The notes beneath the pieces were generated by a model. The model ran no database searches. It saw nothing but the letters and a program-made list of their open reading frames with translations, and was not told where the DNA came from. From Phoronis australis (taxonomy: Eukaryota > Animalia > Phoronida): DNA of 64,000 nt. The stretch's first letter is position 1; every line of letters starts with the position of its first letter. The DNA lies in assembly GCA_002633005.1 (NCBI GenBank), contig NMRA01000179.1:493831-557830 (forward strand), read 5' to 3'. The position numbers and the translations under genes were made by a program. Of this stretch, positions 56,401 to 63,851 are shown one piece after another.

Positions 56401-59400
56401 GATGATATTACAAGCGATGTAATTTCGGCAGGAGGACAAGAAACAATCAAATACTCTACAAAAGCATTCAATGTAAATCTAAGGACCCAAAACATTCCAG
56501 AATTCTGGAAAGAAGCAAAATCTATAATATTATTTAAAAAAGGAGATCGAAGTGACATAAAGAACTATAGGCCCATAAGTTTATTAGCCCATACATGCTG
56601 CACAAACTGATCACAAGGCTATTACAAAGTAGAATGGAGAAACAACTGGATAGAAAATCAACCCCGAGAACAAGCAGGGTTTAGAAAGAGCTACTCAACA
56701 ATAGATATCTGAAAGTCCTTGAACAAACAATTGTAAAATGTAACGAATTTAACCTGCCACTGTGTGTTTTTTCTTAGACTATGAACACTTTGACATCATT
56801 GAAGCCCTAAAAAATGTCAACATATGTGAAACATACATTATTTTGCTTGTACTACATGTACATGACACTACATAATGATATCTCGCGGATTTTTGCGTGA
56901 TCTGTGTATGTAAAACTGCTGCAAAATATATATACAGATGCCACCGCCAGAGTACACATCGGCAACCACATTTCTCAAAGATTCAACATAGAGAGAGGAG
57001 TTACACAGGGAGACCCAAATTCACCTAAGCTGTTTACACTGACAATGGGAGAAATCTTCAAATCGTCAGACCTTCATAGGAGAGTAAACATAGACGGAGA
57101 ACATCTAACAGACCTAAGATTTGCAGATGATGTTGCTTTGTGCACAGAAAACATAATACAAATAGAAACAAATTCAAATTTACTGAATGAAGAAAGCAAC
57201 AATGTGGGATTAAAGATACGCAAGGACAAGATGAAGTACATGACAAGTCCGTGAAAAGTGTAGTTAATGGTGGCAAAAACAGTCGTCAAACTTTTGACAC
57301 ATCTGAGTACGTGTTGAATGAATACGTGTAGCTCAAATTTTCTGAAGGAAATGCCTTTAATCAACCCCTTGGTTTCACCAAACGAACTGAAACTTCAGAA
57401 CTGGAACTCTATTACAAGTACCAACCAGATATGTGAATTTGACGTGTCTATAGATCAAAATCTTTCTTTGCACTCAGAGACTTTTGACGTATTTAATCAA
57501 ATTGGATGACCCCATTAATTAGGAAAGGTTTGCTATTGATTAACGTATAAACTTACACCTGAAATTAAAAAGAATTCCTTGAAAATGTACTAGAAGAAAC
57601 TACACTTCGAAAATTAGAAGAACTTTGCTCCTATTGATCAATTCAGATGCATTATATGTCAAAAATATATTTTATACAATAAAAGATCGCTCAAACGTAA
57701 TAATTGGGTTGAAAGTTAAGTCTTTTAATACCTTACAAAAAGAAGAAAAAGATAGAAACCCGAATACAACAGCACGCCGAGCAGAGTAATAACAAGAAAA
57801 AGATAAAAACACAGAAAATAAGCCTCTTTGCTGACAGTAATAATAATGATGAGAAGAAAAAGATAAAAGCCCAAGAAGAACAAGACTGCACTCAGTATGG
57901 GCGCAAAGTAAAACGAAGAAAAAGATAAAAGCCCGAGAATAACAAGACTGCACTCAGTATGGGCGCAAAGTAAAACGAAGAAAAAGATAAAAGCCCGAGA
58001 ATAACAAGACTGCACTCAGTATGGGCGCAAAGTAAAACGAAGAAAAAGATAAAAACACGAGAATAACAAGACTCTGCGCAGATAAGCGCATAATAAAAAT
58101 ATAAATACCTAAGAATAACAAGACTCTGCGCTGATGTGCGAAGAGACACAACGCTAACTTAAAAGCGCGCGTTCCGAACAAGCAGAACCACTTCTAGCTT
58201 AGACTGGCACGGCGCCTCGTTTTCAAGAATAATCATGGCAAATTCGTGCAGGAAGTGATTATTACTGATTATTTATAACCTTGTGTGAGCTTTTAGCTCT
58301 AAATTGTGCGAGCTGACGGATGATTGGTCTCGGAAGTGACAGAAGGCTGACCAGATTTCGCCCAACCACTCCTTTTAAGTTTGGGTCAATTAACCGCCAT
58401 GCGCATAAAAACGCGTTTTCGTATGGACATAAACACTGTGTATATCGAATGGACTCGGGAAGCCATTCCTTGAGTTATACTAGAGTGATAACAAAGCATG
58501 TACAGTTTGGAGTGAATTATTCGAGTGACTTGAAGGCTACCTTGAAAGGCAAAACCCGAAAATGTTGTTCTTACAGTGTGTTAAGAGCATCGTTCTGAGC
58601 CCACTAGTGCGATAAATTGTCAAATGTAACTTTGAGCCGTGTAGCCTTGTTCGTTTTGCTTTTGAAGAGCGAGAATCGCATTCATTTCAAACACCCGGGA
58701 ATAACACCCACATGTAGCAATGCTCCATGGTGAGAAACAACATGACCGTCGCACCCAAAACATGGGCTCGGGTTCTAAAAGTCGGATCGACTCACCACAA
58801 AACAAGACCTATAGGGATCAAATAGGTTCGCCGCACCAGAAAATGGAACCGACGGAGCTAAAAACATGACCGACCCACCACAAAACAGGGCCGCCGGAGA
58901 CTGAACATGACTGTCGGGGAATGAAACTTGACTGCCACGACTCCATTGTGATGGCGCAATTGAAAGGAGGTCAACAATTAAAGTAGCGATAAATCCAACC
59001 ACGATCACATTTTTGAGACAAATAATTATAATTGTATATCTACCGTGTTTGTTTTAGAACAAAAGAATACTTCTTTCCTCCCATTTGACATTTTAGTCAA
59101 GTCACTGAAAAAACGCGTTGGAGCACAACTGGTTTTCGGGGAAAGCATCGTCATAACAAGCTTTTATGCGAAGCTGTATACCAAATATGCATGTAGAACT
59201 TTGCACCGATGTGGGTAAAAACTGAACTCATAACTCTTACACAAAATTAGTGTGATTAAAAACTACCTTTTTCCCTGAGTAAACTAAATTCTCACTGACC
59301 TGGAATGTGTTACTACGCAACTGATTAATAACATCGAGTACGTAACTCTTGTAAATTACATTGGGTGAATCACAAAGTAGTACAAAGTAGAAATACATAC

Positions 59401-62400
59401 ATCTTACAGTTTATCATCTGCAGTACATTATAATAACCAAACGCGCGCCAACCAAACAATGCTGGAATTCCGAAAAGATGACAAGGTTATGATTGACAAA
59501 TCCTAACTGTACATGTACCTATTCCCAGTGGGAAGGACGTGCAATCAAATTTTTAACAGACCCATGTTCGGCGGCGAATTCCCTATCAACGTTCATTCAA
59601 ACGGAGACGAACCCCAAGTCAAGAAACGCGGTGAGACTCTCTAGGTGTGCTGTCTCAAGGTAAAGTCCGTGCTCACCAGCGGAGAAGCATACATGTAGCT
59701 GACTGTTATTAATCAACAGTTTTTAATTTTTGATTTTACAACTTCAAAAACTATATATTAGACACTAACTTTCTGTGAAAGCTGAATGCAATTTACAATT
59801 GTTAAGCTTAAAATAAAACTATTAACAAAAGTAACTGAATTACTTTAAAATGTGCAAGAGTGTTTTTACAAAAACTGCGTCATGTGGTTGGAGGTCTTAT
59901 ACATGTCGGCAAAAAAGGTAGTTCTTACGGTTCTTGTGAGAAAAGAAATCCCACACTCGTCCCACGTTGATGACATGGGGAAACCTCTTGGAAATTTCGT
60001 CAAAATCCCTCGGCAAGCCTCGAGATTTTTTACCAAAATTCCAAGAGGTTTTGTCCATGTCATAATCCTGAGACTCGTGCAGGATTCTCTCTACATATGT
60101 ACCGGCGTTAGAAAAATTGGCGTTCTACCGTTATTCTGCTGCTAAAATTGTGGTACGGTCTTTTGCGTCGGCTTTTGGCTATTTAAAATATTGCTCCACC
60201 TAATGGCCAGTTTCTTTTCCAAGATTGCTCAATCAACTGTCCATTCTTCTCTTCCACGAGGTTGCGTCCATCTCATGGCAAATAATCGGAACTGGTTTCA
60301 TTTTGTCGTACGTTTTTAGTACATGTATTTTAATACCAGCACACCAAATTTCAGAAGATTTTTTTTTGCTTCAAAGCTGTCAAAGGCGGGTGCACGTGTT
60401 ACTGTTTTCAAAACGACGACAGACTTTTCTTTGTTGCAAAAAGCGAAGAACTCTACAAGAAAATTACGTGTATTGGATTGTTTTTCACTTGAACGGTTGC
60501 AAGTACGACAAGGTGAGTGTCGGTTGACTCCCAGATTTTGCATGCACCCCTCCCGGCCGTTTGCTCTACATTATGGTATCAGTTTCACGAAGGTGACGGG
60601 CTGTGTGAAATTTCGGGGTCTGATCTTGACACACAGTGGTAACTAGCTGTATTTTGACGATAATCCTCATACAGCTAGCTGGCTGGCTACGTCATAACCA
60701 GTATCACACATTGGTAACATTTTGTTCAGTCTCCGGCGGCCCTGTTTAGTTACGGGGCAGTCATTTTTTTAGTTGCGTCGATCCCATTTTCTGGAGCGGC
60801 GGTCCCATTTGATCTCCGTCCGTCCTATTTTGTGATGAGTCGGTCCGATTTGGAGGACCGGCGGTCATGTTTTGAGTCCGAGATTTTGTTCTATTCAGAC
60901 CCCTTTTCAATACAACTAAATGTATTATCGTTTTTTGTCGTTTGTGCTGGGATCTCGCGGTGACGCAACATGACTCCTAAAGGCAGTTTCACCTATTATG
61001 TGACGGGCCCACATTGGTGTCAGTTTGAACTTGCGTTTTCCTATTTTTGCTAAGGCTTTGTTAGGACTACCTGGTTAGCTCAATACATCTAAACTAAAAA
61101 AGTCCGTTGAAGTTAGGCTTTAAGCGTCTAAATAAAGTTTGGTGGTCAGGAGCTCAGTTTAATTTTCCCAGAGGCGACAGGGAGGAAAAGAGCTTGCTCA
61201 ACTGGGGAAGACAGCTGTACGCTGAGCAGTACTCAATGGATCGCATGGTCAATATTTGTTCACTTCGAATAACAAGTCCGCCCCGGTCCAAGCCGCAATC
61301 TAACGGATACGAGGGTAGGATGGGGTGCGTAATTTCTACGAAGTTGAAACAGGACCTATGGGGTCGTTTTAAATGGTCATGTTTTCAGGCCTCATCACTA
61401 GCCCGCTTTCTTCAATTTTAGATGTCTTTTGTTTCTTACTTTCCCCCTAAACAACAACACGTTTGGGAAAACATCTGACTGTCCTACTCAGTACTTACCA
61501 TCGCGTTCTGTTTCACAAAAGCTTAGTGCTGTGGTGTTACAACCGATAGAATGCCATACTGCTCCTTCTTTACAAACCATTGCTCCACAAACAGGACCTT
61601 GATTCACTGTACCCTGATCACGATCCCACTTGGAATAACTCACGTTCACAGCAGATGGAGTGTCTTGTTGCAACCGAGGCACCCACTGCCAGTGGGATGA
61701 GTCGTAATACAAGGAAATCCAAAACGTCCCGTTACTGCAAACAAGGGAAAAGGGAACGTGTGAGTATCCAGAGGCCACACGTTCACGTTTGCGAATGCTT
61801 GTGCTCCATTTTTTATTTCTCGGCCATGCTTACGGCCTAGGAAGATGACTTCGATTTGATCATTATCGACATGGATGACACCACGGAAAGCATTCAACCA
61901 GTTATTAGGATAGAGATGACGCTGATGACAGATGACCAAGTCAAGGTTTAATTTCGGTATGGTAATCTCTGTGTATGTACATTTTCATCCACTGGTCTTT
62001 AAGATAGAACAGAAGTACACGTATTAGGTTTTTTAATTCCAATATAATTACAATCTCTAAAGTAAAACCCGTAATTCTGAGTTGTTGAGCAGCTTTGCCC
62101 ACTCAGTCACTACTGTCATTGCCAGAAATATTTAAAAGGGGACCAAACGAGGGAAATGGTTATCGAAGTGGGAGGGCACTTTGGGCACTGAGCGGTGAGG
62201 GGGAGTGCAAAAGCAAATTTGATTGATTTTTTGTTGTAATGAACAGGGGTGTCATGGCCCACTTTTGCCCAATGGCTATGCTAGTGCCATTATCTATTCT
62301 TCGTAGCTTGTCCGAGAACTCCGACATTTCCCAAGTTTCTCAGCGGCATCAAGAGGAGGCAGGGTTGTTGATCCTTGGCACAGGGGTCGAAAGTGAATTA

Positions 62401-63851
62401 GGTGATGACCAGGGTGAGGGATTTTAAGCCAAGGCCAGGATGGCCTTAAATTTTCCGTCCCCTCGCCAGTAAAAACCCTCCATATATATCAGGGATGAAA
62501 ATTCTACGCCGTCATGTATTTTTTTTCCAATGCCAAAAATGATTTTGTGTGAAAGACGGAGACAAAACCTTTCTGTTTTTAATACACAACTCTCAGGTAT
62601 TACCATTTGCTTTGAATATTTCAAATCGGAGCATCCCCATCATTTCCTTTCATGAAATTTTGTCGAAGTTGATAGTTGTATTTTGGAACAAAGCAATAGT
62701 GCATTGTATACTTTGTGTTCGTTACCCATTAACACCTGAGTATTGTGGCTTTTCCTCAGGAAGATCAGCAACGCGACGAGGGCATGATACTTCAAACATC
62801 CAATCGAGTAAGACACATGCAATAAGTTACACCCTCTCTTGGGTGGCTAAACTGCCTAAGAACATTAAAACACTGCATAAATGGTTCTTTTACAATAAAT
62901 CGGCAATTAAGTCGCGTTGTGCACTAACGAGTGATAGCTATTTCCATGTTGTTACCGTCCGTGTGAGAGTACACAATTTACTGGACGCGAACTCGGGGGC
63001 CTGCTTTGCAACGTAGTAAGCAAAGAATGTAAAGTGTTGGGAATGCGTTTGAAACTCTTCCATACTCGTTCTCACGCAACTTCTGTGATTCATTTATTTT
63101 ATTTACTTCAATTTGTATTCGATACAAAATGTATTACAATAATTCAAACTTCCAATGACAATGGTGTTTCAAAAGCGCTCCGTTTGCGATACAACAACGC
63201 ATGATAGACACATTCCTACCGGCTTCTCTTTGTCACCGACCCTTTTAATCCTGCGTAAAACACATCTACGCTGGACAAGTTCGACTTGGGACAGAACAAG
63301 ATGTAATTTAGAATGAGGTTCAGTGACTGCTGATGCCAACACATCAGAACCGAAAGTATTCCACCTTACTGTGATGAAATCTGCCCCCACAAACCTCAGG
63401 TACACCTTTACATGTACTGTAAGTCCTGTTTCTCTAACTGTACAGGCTACAAAACCCCCACAGTACATACATGTAGATGAGCTTTGCGGTTTAAAGGCAC
63501 ATGCTTGTGACAACTTACAGTTTGGCTGATATTCAAATATCGAAAACAAACGTCGTGTCTAAACCTGATCAGTTCTCATTCAAATTGGTTCCTTCAAAAT
63601 TATCTAGAATGTCCATGACCAGCAATCATGATACATGCACATCATAACGTAACGACAATAAAGTTACCATTGAAAATAGCCACTAAAGTCATCGTGTTCA
63701 GCTGCAGTCTCGAATGTGGCTAAATAACCATTAAAATAGTTGCAGGTGGTATGCCCTTGGTTCCATGTCTGAGCAGAAGTTACCGCCAAATAACATCGAC
63801 CCCACGGAGAATCTGCCCAACCTTCAGGACACGCTTTTGGTAGAAAGCTCT
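2439..63851 (-). CDS. Large multi-exon extracellular mosaic protein (partial; both ends unresolved): 2 C-type lectin, 16 sushi/CCP, 6 SUEL-type lectin, 1 FN2 and 3 SEA domains, about 2,200 aa in window
   Basis: 36 exons with AG acceptors and GT donors. Phases chain consistently (mostly 1-1; CTL 1-2/2-1; SEA 1-0/0-2/2-1), with no in-frame stops. Domains were recognised from Cys/Trp patterns. Confidence 0.9.
3860..4550 (+). repeat. Dispersed repeat with internal ~145-165 bp subunits (same family as 8.2-9.0 kb)
   Basis: Recurring ccac..gg..cac...gatccgtcca motif; ends in acagacgtcggacgg..atgacggca; boundaries approximate. Confidence 0.55.
5675..5835 (-). pseudogene. Decayed sushi/CCP pseudo-exon
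   Basis: TYGPPPSITGMNLAY*STVVSPKAT/(frameshift)FSC..TVCLGNGPW. First Cys is Tyr, with an in-frame TAG, a 1-nt frameshift and no clear splice sites. Confidence 0.6.
6883..7056 (-). CDS. Exon: sushi/CCP domain (not in ORF track)
   Basis: tttcag|TT..T|gtaagc; VDCGDPPEVEN..TTYNSKANYAC..FCQANGTWMTPTVNC; 174 nt. Confidence 0.9.
7496..7813. mobile_element. MITE with CCGTATTGCCG terminal inverted repeats and TA flanks (Tc1/mariner-pogo-like)
   Basis: TA-ccgtattgccgcgc ... gcacggcaatacgg-TA; 11-bp perfect TIR; no coding capacity. Confidence 0.7.
7960..8145 (-). CDS. Repeat unit 3 exon: CCP-b (CEITG subtype; not in ORF track)
   Basis: ttgcag|TT..G|gtaagc; TCTPPSVANG..NYRDVKHFTCDRGYDLVG..CEITGEWSTLPLC; 186 nt. 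Confidence 0.9.
8190..9030 (+). mobile_element. Non-autonomous element with tandem core subunits and (ACGG)n tail (pearl/Helentron-like organisation)
   Basis: cactag..gatcc.tcca subunits near 8351, 8495, 8660 and 8804, then ggacagacggacggacggacag; classification is inferred. Confidence 0.55.
9799..9956 (-). CDS. Repeat unit 3 exon: SEA domain, C-part with GSIIV motif
   Basis: ttgtag|G..G|gtatga; CGSIIVIYIIISNESMDANKV..NQTALLP; 158 nt, one codon shorter than units 1 and 2. Confidence 0.85.
11414..11463 (-). CDS. Repeat unit 3 exon: SEA domain, middle
   Basis: ttccag|ATG..AG|gtgaga; MSKVLPDGHLVEIQEFR; 50 nt. Confidence 0.85.
11658..11776 (-). CDS. Repeat unit 3 exon: SEA domain, N-part
   Basis: tcgaag|CA..GAG|gtaggt; PKLKFKLQGEMRIEGNCVDELQNRSSEEYGYISSRFISE; 119 nt. 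Confidence 0.85.
12442..12729 (-). CDS. Repeat unit 3 exon: divergent 6-Cys SUEL-like domain
   Basis: ccccag|GA..G|gtatta; LFLNCSSESP..NCDSKSLC..AEFSC; 288 nt. Confidence 0.85.
12840..13010 (-). CDS. Repeat unit 3 exon: CCP-a
   Basis: aactag|GA..A|gtaagt; KTCIVPVIENG..CNVSQADWLDLPVC; 171 nt. Confidence 0.9.
13276..13461 (-). CDS. Repeat unit 2 exon: CCP-b (CEITG subtype)
   Basis: tttcag|TT..G|gtaagc; SCAPPSIPNG..IYRDVTHFTCDRGY..CEITGKWSTLPSC; 186 nt. Confidence 0.9.
14242..14402 (-). CDS. Repeat unit 2 exon: SEA domain, C-part
   Basis: ttttag|G..G|gtgtga; CRDVIVVVYNVTFNESVD..NQTALLP; 161 nt. Confidence 0.85.
14690..15935. mobile_element. Unit-2-specific intronic insertion (unclassified repeat with catcat low-complexity tracts)
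   Basis: Alignment with unit 1 (gaagcatggcaca at about 21372) breaks at about 14690 and resumes near 16000; internal ttcgccaa repeats. Confidence 0.55.
16688..16737 (-). CDS. Repeat unit 2 exon: SEA domain, middle
   Basis: ttttag|TTG..AC|gtgagt; LGKVLPDGHSVEIQELT; 50 nt. Confidence 0.85.
16909..17027 (-). CDS. Repeat unit 2 exon: SEA domain, N-part
   Basis: tttaag|CC..GAG|gtaagt; FKLQGEMRIPGTCVEELRNRSSKMYQDFSSRFILE; 119 nt. Confidence 0.85.
17414..18253. mobile_element. Foldback/MITE-like element with inverted termini built of tcgaccc subrepeats
   Basis: aagcccctcgaccc.. at left and ..gggtcgagggggctt at right; absent at the homologous position in unit 1 (about 23413). Confidence 0.75.
18869..19156 (-). 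CDS. Repeat unit 2 exon: divergent 6-Cys SUEL-like domain
   Basis: tcacag|GA..G|gtaaac; near-identical to unit 1; 288 nt. Confidence 0.85.
19273..19443 (-). CDS. Repeat unit 2 exon: CCP-a
   Basis: ctatag|GA..A|gtaagt; KTCVAPVIGNG..CNVSQADWLDLPVC; 171 nt. Confidence 0.9.
19721..19906 (-). CDS. Repeat unit 1 exon: CCP-b (CEITG subtype; not in ORF track)
   Basis: tttcag|TT..G|gtaggc; SCAPPSIPNG..KYRDVTHFTCDRGYDMMG..CEITGKWSTLPSC; 186 nt. Confidence 0.9.
20934..21094 (-). CDS. Repeat unit 1 exon: SEA domain, C-part
   Basis: ttttag|G..G|gtaaga; CRDVIVVVYNVTFNESVDANKV..LGSLKLLDNQTALVP; phase 2-1. Confidence 0.85.
21880..22500. mobile_element. Second, inverted and partial copy of the 17.4-18.25 kb element
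   Basis: 22320-22400 is the reverse complement of 17505-17590; gggtcga subrepeats at 22430-22500. Confidence 0.7.
22694..22743 (-). CDS. Repeat unit 1 exon: SEA domain, middle (50 nt)
   Basis: ttttag|CTG..AG|gtaagt; LSKVLTDGHSVEIQEIR; phase 0-2; conserved in all three units. Confidence 0.85.
22919..23037 (-). CDS. Repeat unit 1 exon: SEA domain, N-part
   Basis: tttaag|CA..GAG|gtaagt; PKLTFTLQGEMRIQGTCVEGLLNRSTKVYQEFSSRFNLE; phase 1-0. Confidence 0.85.
23918..24205 (-). CDS. Repeat unit 1 exon: divergent 6-Cys SUEL-like domain
   Basis: tcacag|GA..G|gtaaac; LVLNCSSESP..C..NCDSKTLC..C..AEFSC; 288 nt. Confidence 0.85.
24314..24484 (-). CDS. Repeat unit 1 exon: CCP-a
   Basis: aactag|AA..A|gtaagt; KTCEVPVVENG..HGQSIEVKC..CNVSQAEWFDLPVC; 171 nt. 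Confidence 0.9.
25703..25795. repeat. Short tandem repeat, about 4 x 20-25 bp
   Basis: atatcagtcattt recurs four times. Confidence 0.8.
26170..26406. repeat. Degenerate (CATA)n and (TA)n microsatellites
   Basis: catacatacata.. at 26170-26290; (ta)n at 26382-26406. Confidence 0.9.
27257..27427 (-). CDS. Exon: sushi/CCP domain
   Basis: ttttag|CA..G|gtaaag; IECASPPNPENA..ANYSC..CLATGNWTDAPFC. Confidence 0.9.
28358..28549 (-). CDS. Exon: sushi/CCP domain (CEITG-related; conserved Trp replaced by Val)
   Basis: tttcag|AG..G|gtacat; CSLPVIRN..GYRESSLITCKTGYELDG..CMVTGEVSTLPQC. Confidence 0.85.
30869..31036 (-). CDS. Exon: fibronectin type II domain
   Basis: ttatag|CA..G|gtacgt; GQEPCVFPFIFNG..TRC..GPWCAVTNNYDVD..GTC. 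Confidence 0.9.
31664..31711 (-). CDS. Candidate 48-nt linker exon
   Basis: agcag|AA..CAG|gtgaga; KDQTSIGVYSQTKGTA; open and phase 1-1, but no domain support. Confidence 0.4.
32785..33087 (-). CDS. Exon: SUEL-type lectin domain 3
   Basis: ttccag|GT..A|gtaagt; YACQGELMSMKC..DVVSARFGG..C..C..ACQNMTQC..C..LEVHYKC. Confidence 0.9.
33474..33647 (-). CDS. Exon: sushi/CCP domain (last Cys codon split by the intron)
   Basis: ttttag|TG..T|gtatgt; DCQQPP..TYGSTVGYSCGAGF..CLASGKWSTDQLPQ; T+GT gives Cys. Confidence 0.9.
34019..34189 (-). CDS. Exon: sushi/CCP domain
   Basis: cttcag|TT..A|gtaagt; LDCGQVP..FGSKVNYACLEGY..CTANGTWSESPLC. Confidence 0.9.
34422..34613 (-). CDS. Exon: sushi/CCP domain (CEITG subtype)
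   Basis: ttgaag|CC..A|gtaagt; CPMPTIPN..SYRHQVGVSCDPGYKLRG..CEITGNWSTLPTC; acceptor position less certain. Confidence 0.85.
36562..36867 (-). CDS. Exon: SUEL-type lectin domain 2
   Basis: cttcag|GT..G|gtaagt; ICQNDIAVLNC..INVVFAIYGR..C..C..LCDSKSLC..C..YLQFYFKC; canonical AxYGR. Confidence 0.9.
37393..37554 (-). CDS. Exon: sushi/CCP domain (last Cys codon split by the intron)
   Basis: ttccag|TA..T|gtaagt; IDCKQPP..TTFGSLAEYRC..CQADGTWSEPGL; T+GT of next exon gives Cys. Confidence 0.9.
38358..38501. mobile_element. Short MITE-like element (cagggcgg...ccgccactg termini)
   Basis: Imperfect terminal inverted repeats; related ends near 35544, 40850 and 45882; TSD not evident. Confidence 0.5.
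40860..42261 (+). mobile_element. Decayed Ty3/Gypsy-type LTR retrotransposon 3' fragment: integrase, polypurine tract and probable start of the 3' LTR
   Basis: AHMGYNSMVRRARSLVYWPGMN (integrase Zn region) and TDTGSQFTSLEF..WGI..SSP..SANG..E..LLEHRNT..TPVQMMFGR (core). aaaagcgggagga at 42107-42119 is followed by TG. Stops and frameshifts are present; the LTR end is tentative. Confidence 0.85.
43670..43864 (-). CDS. Exon: sushi/CCP domain (CEITG subtype)
   Basis: tttcag|AG..A|gtgagt; CANPVIDNG..TYRQRVNFRCFYGYELTG..CQITGTWSTIPRC. Confidence 0.9.
44945..45103. repeat. Tandem repeat, about 2.6 x 60-63 bp
   Basis: gtg.tg.gtcac.a.ag.c.gtgaccagc recurs three times. Confidence 0.75.
45411..45595 (-). 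CDS. Exon: C-type lectin domain 2, C-half
   Basis: ttgcag|G..G|gtattg; SVWIGLYREGGNFKWWPD..PCVLM..SSCANLNAPLCE; WIGL motif; phase 2-1. Confidence 0.85.
46338..46550 (+). mobile_element. Frameshifted THAP zinc-finger fragment (DNA-transposon relic, P/Harbinger-associated)
   Basis: RCIVPACPNY..GISFFRLPREPEMLRKWL in one frame, then HLRVCGRHFVDSDF in another: the C2CH THAP signature. Confidence 0.8.
47440..48240 (+). mobile_element. Decayed 3' end of an RNase H-containing non-LTR retrotransposon (LOA/R1/I-like)
   Basis: VNWVKAHVRIEGNK/ADKLPKEGA (RNase H C-terminal motif, about 47653), then CRQTK..ITGHCNL..SFCSNCGLEVE (zinc-knuckle region). Confidence 0.75.
49267..49456 (-). CDS. Exon: C-type lectin domain 2, N-half (frame absent from ORF track)
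   Basis: ggacag|AA..CA|gtgagt; EAYLPKCSQTMIASRDGRSCYSVY..LAQEKCQAFYNGHLATFSNEDD; phase 1-2; parallels CTL1 N-half (NGxLATF). Confidence 0.85.
52795..53091 (-). CDS. Exon: SUEL-type (Gal/rhamnose-binding) lectin domain 1
   Basis: cctcag|GT..G|gtaagt; ACDGDVLQISC..IKVLSARYGY..C..C..ECNNNTYC..C..LEVKYVC; 8 Cys. Confidence 0.9.
53683..53871 (-). CDS. Exon: sushi/CCP domain (CEITG subtype)
   Basis: tttcag|CT..G|gtatgt; CSPPDI..GYRGRVEIQCNPGYRLVG..CEITGKWSTLPKC; 189 nt, phase 1-1. Confidence 0.9.
54612..57253 (+). mobile_element. Decayed RTE-clade LINE (APE endonuclease and reverse transcriptase), antisense to the host gene, 3'-truncated
   Basis: Endonuclease: YNTRTL, IIGLCETK, YAPTS, GDFNAK, SDHRMV. 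RT: KAPGND, KKGD..NYRPISLL, EQAGFR, GVTQGDPNSPKLF, LRFADDV. Many stops and frameshifts. Confidence 0.9.
57737..58135. repeat. 62-bp minisatellite (3 near-perfect copies plus degenerate flanking copies)
   Basis: agaaaaagataaaagcccgagaataacaagactgcactcagtatgggcgcaaagtaaaacga, period 62. Confidence 0.9.
58740..60885. repeat. Inverted pair of ~160-bp repeats (58740-58910 and 60721-60885)
   Basis: gggccgccggagactgaaca vs tgttcagtctccggcggccc, with further complementary subrepeats. Confidence 0.75.
60105..60370 (+). repeat. Dispersed repeat; other copies at about 3375-3720 and 37800-37870
   Basis: Shared ttagaaaa(a)ttggcg and ttcca(c/t)gaggttgcgt blocks. Confidence 0.7.
60910..61140 (-). repeat. 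Dispersed repeat; inverted copy at about 49600-49815
   Basis: tttgtgctgggatctcgcgg is the reverse complement of ccgcgagatcccagcacaaa (49766). Confidence 0.75.
61499..61734 (-). CDS. Exon: C-type lectin domain 1, C-half
   Basis: ttgcag|T..G|gtaagt; NGTFWISL..WQW..YSKW..CGAM..WHSIGCNTTALSFCE; phase 2-1. Confidence 0.9.
63668..63851 (-). CDS. Exon: C-type lectin domain 1, N-half
   Basis: ttgcag|AG..TG|gtaact; ESFLPKACPEGWADSPWGRCYLAVTSAQTWNQGHTTCNYFNGYLATF; phase 1-2. Confidence 0.9.

Noticed and set aside
57672-58181. Overlapping hydrophobic ORFs suggesting membrane proteins
   Set aside because: Translations of a T-rich 62-bp minisatellite.
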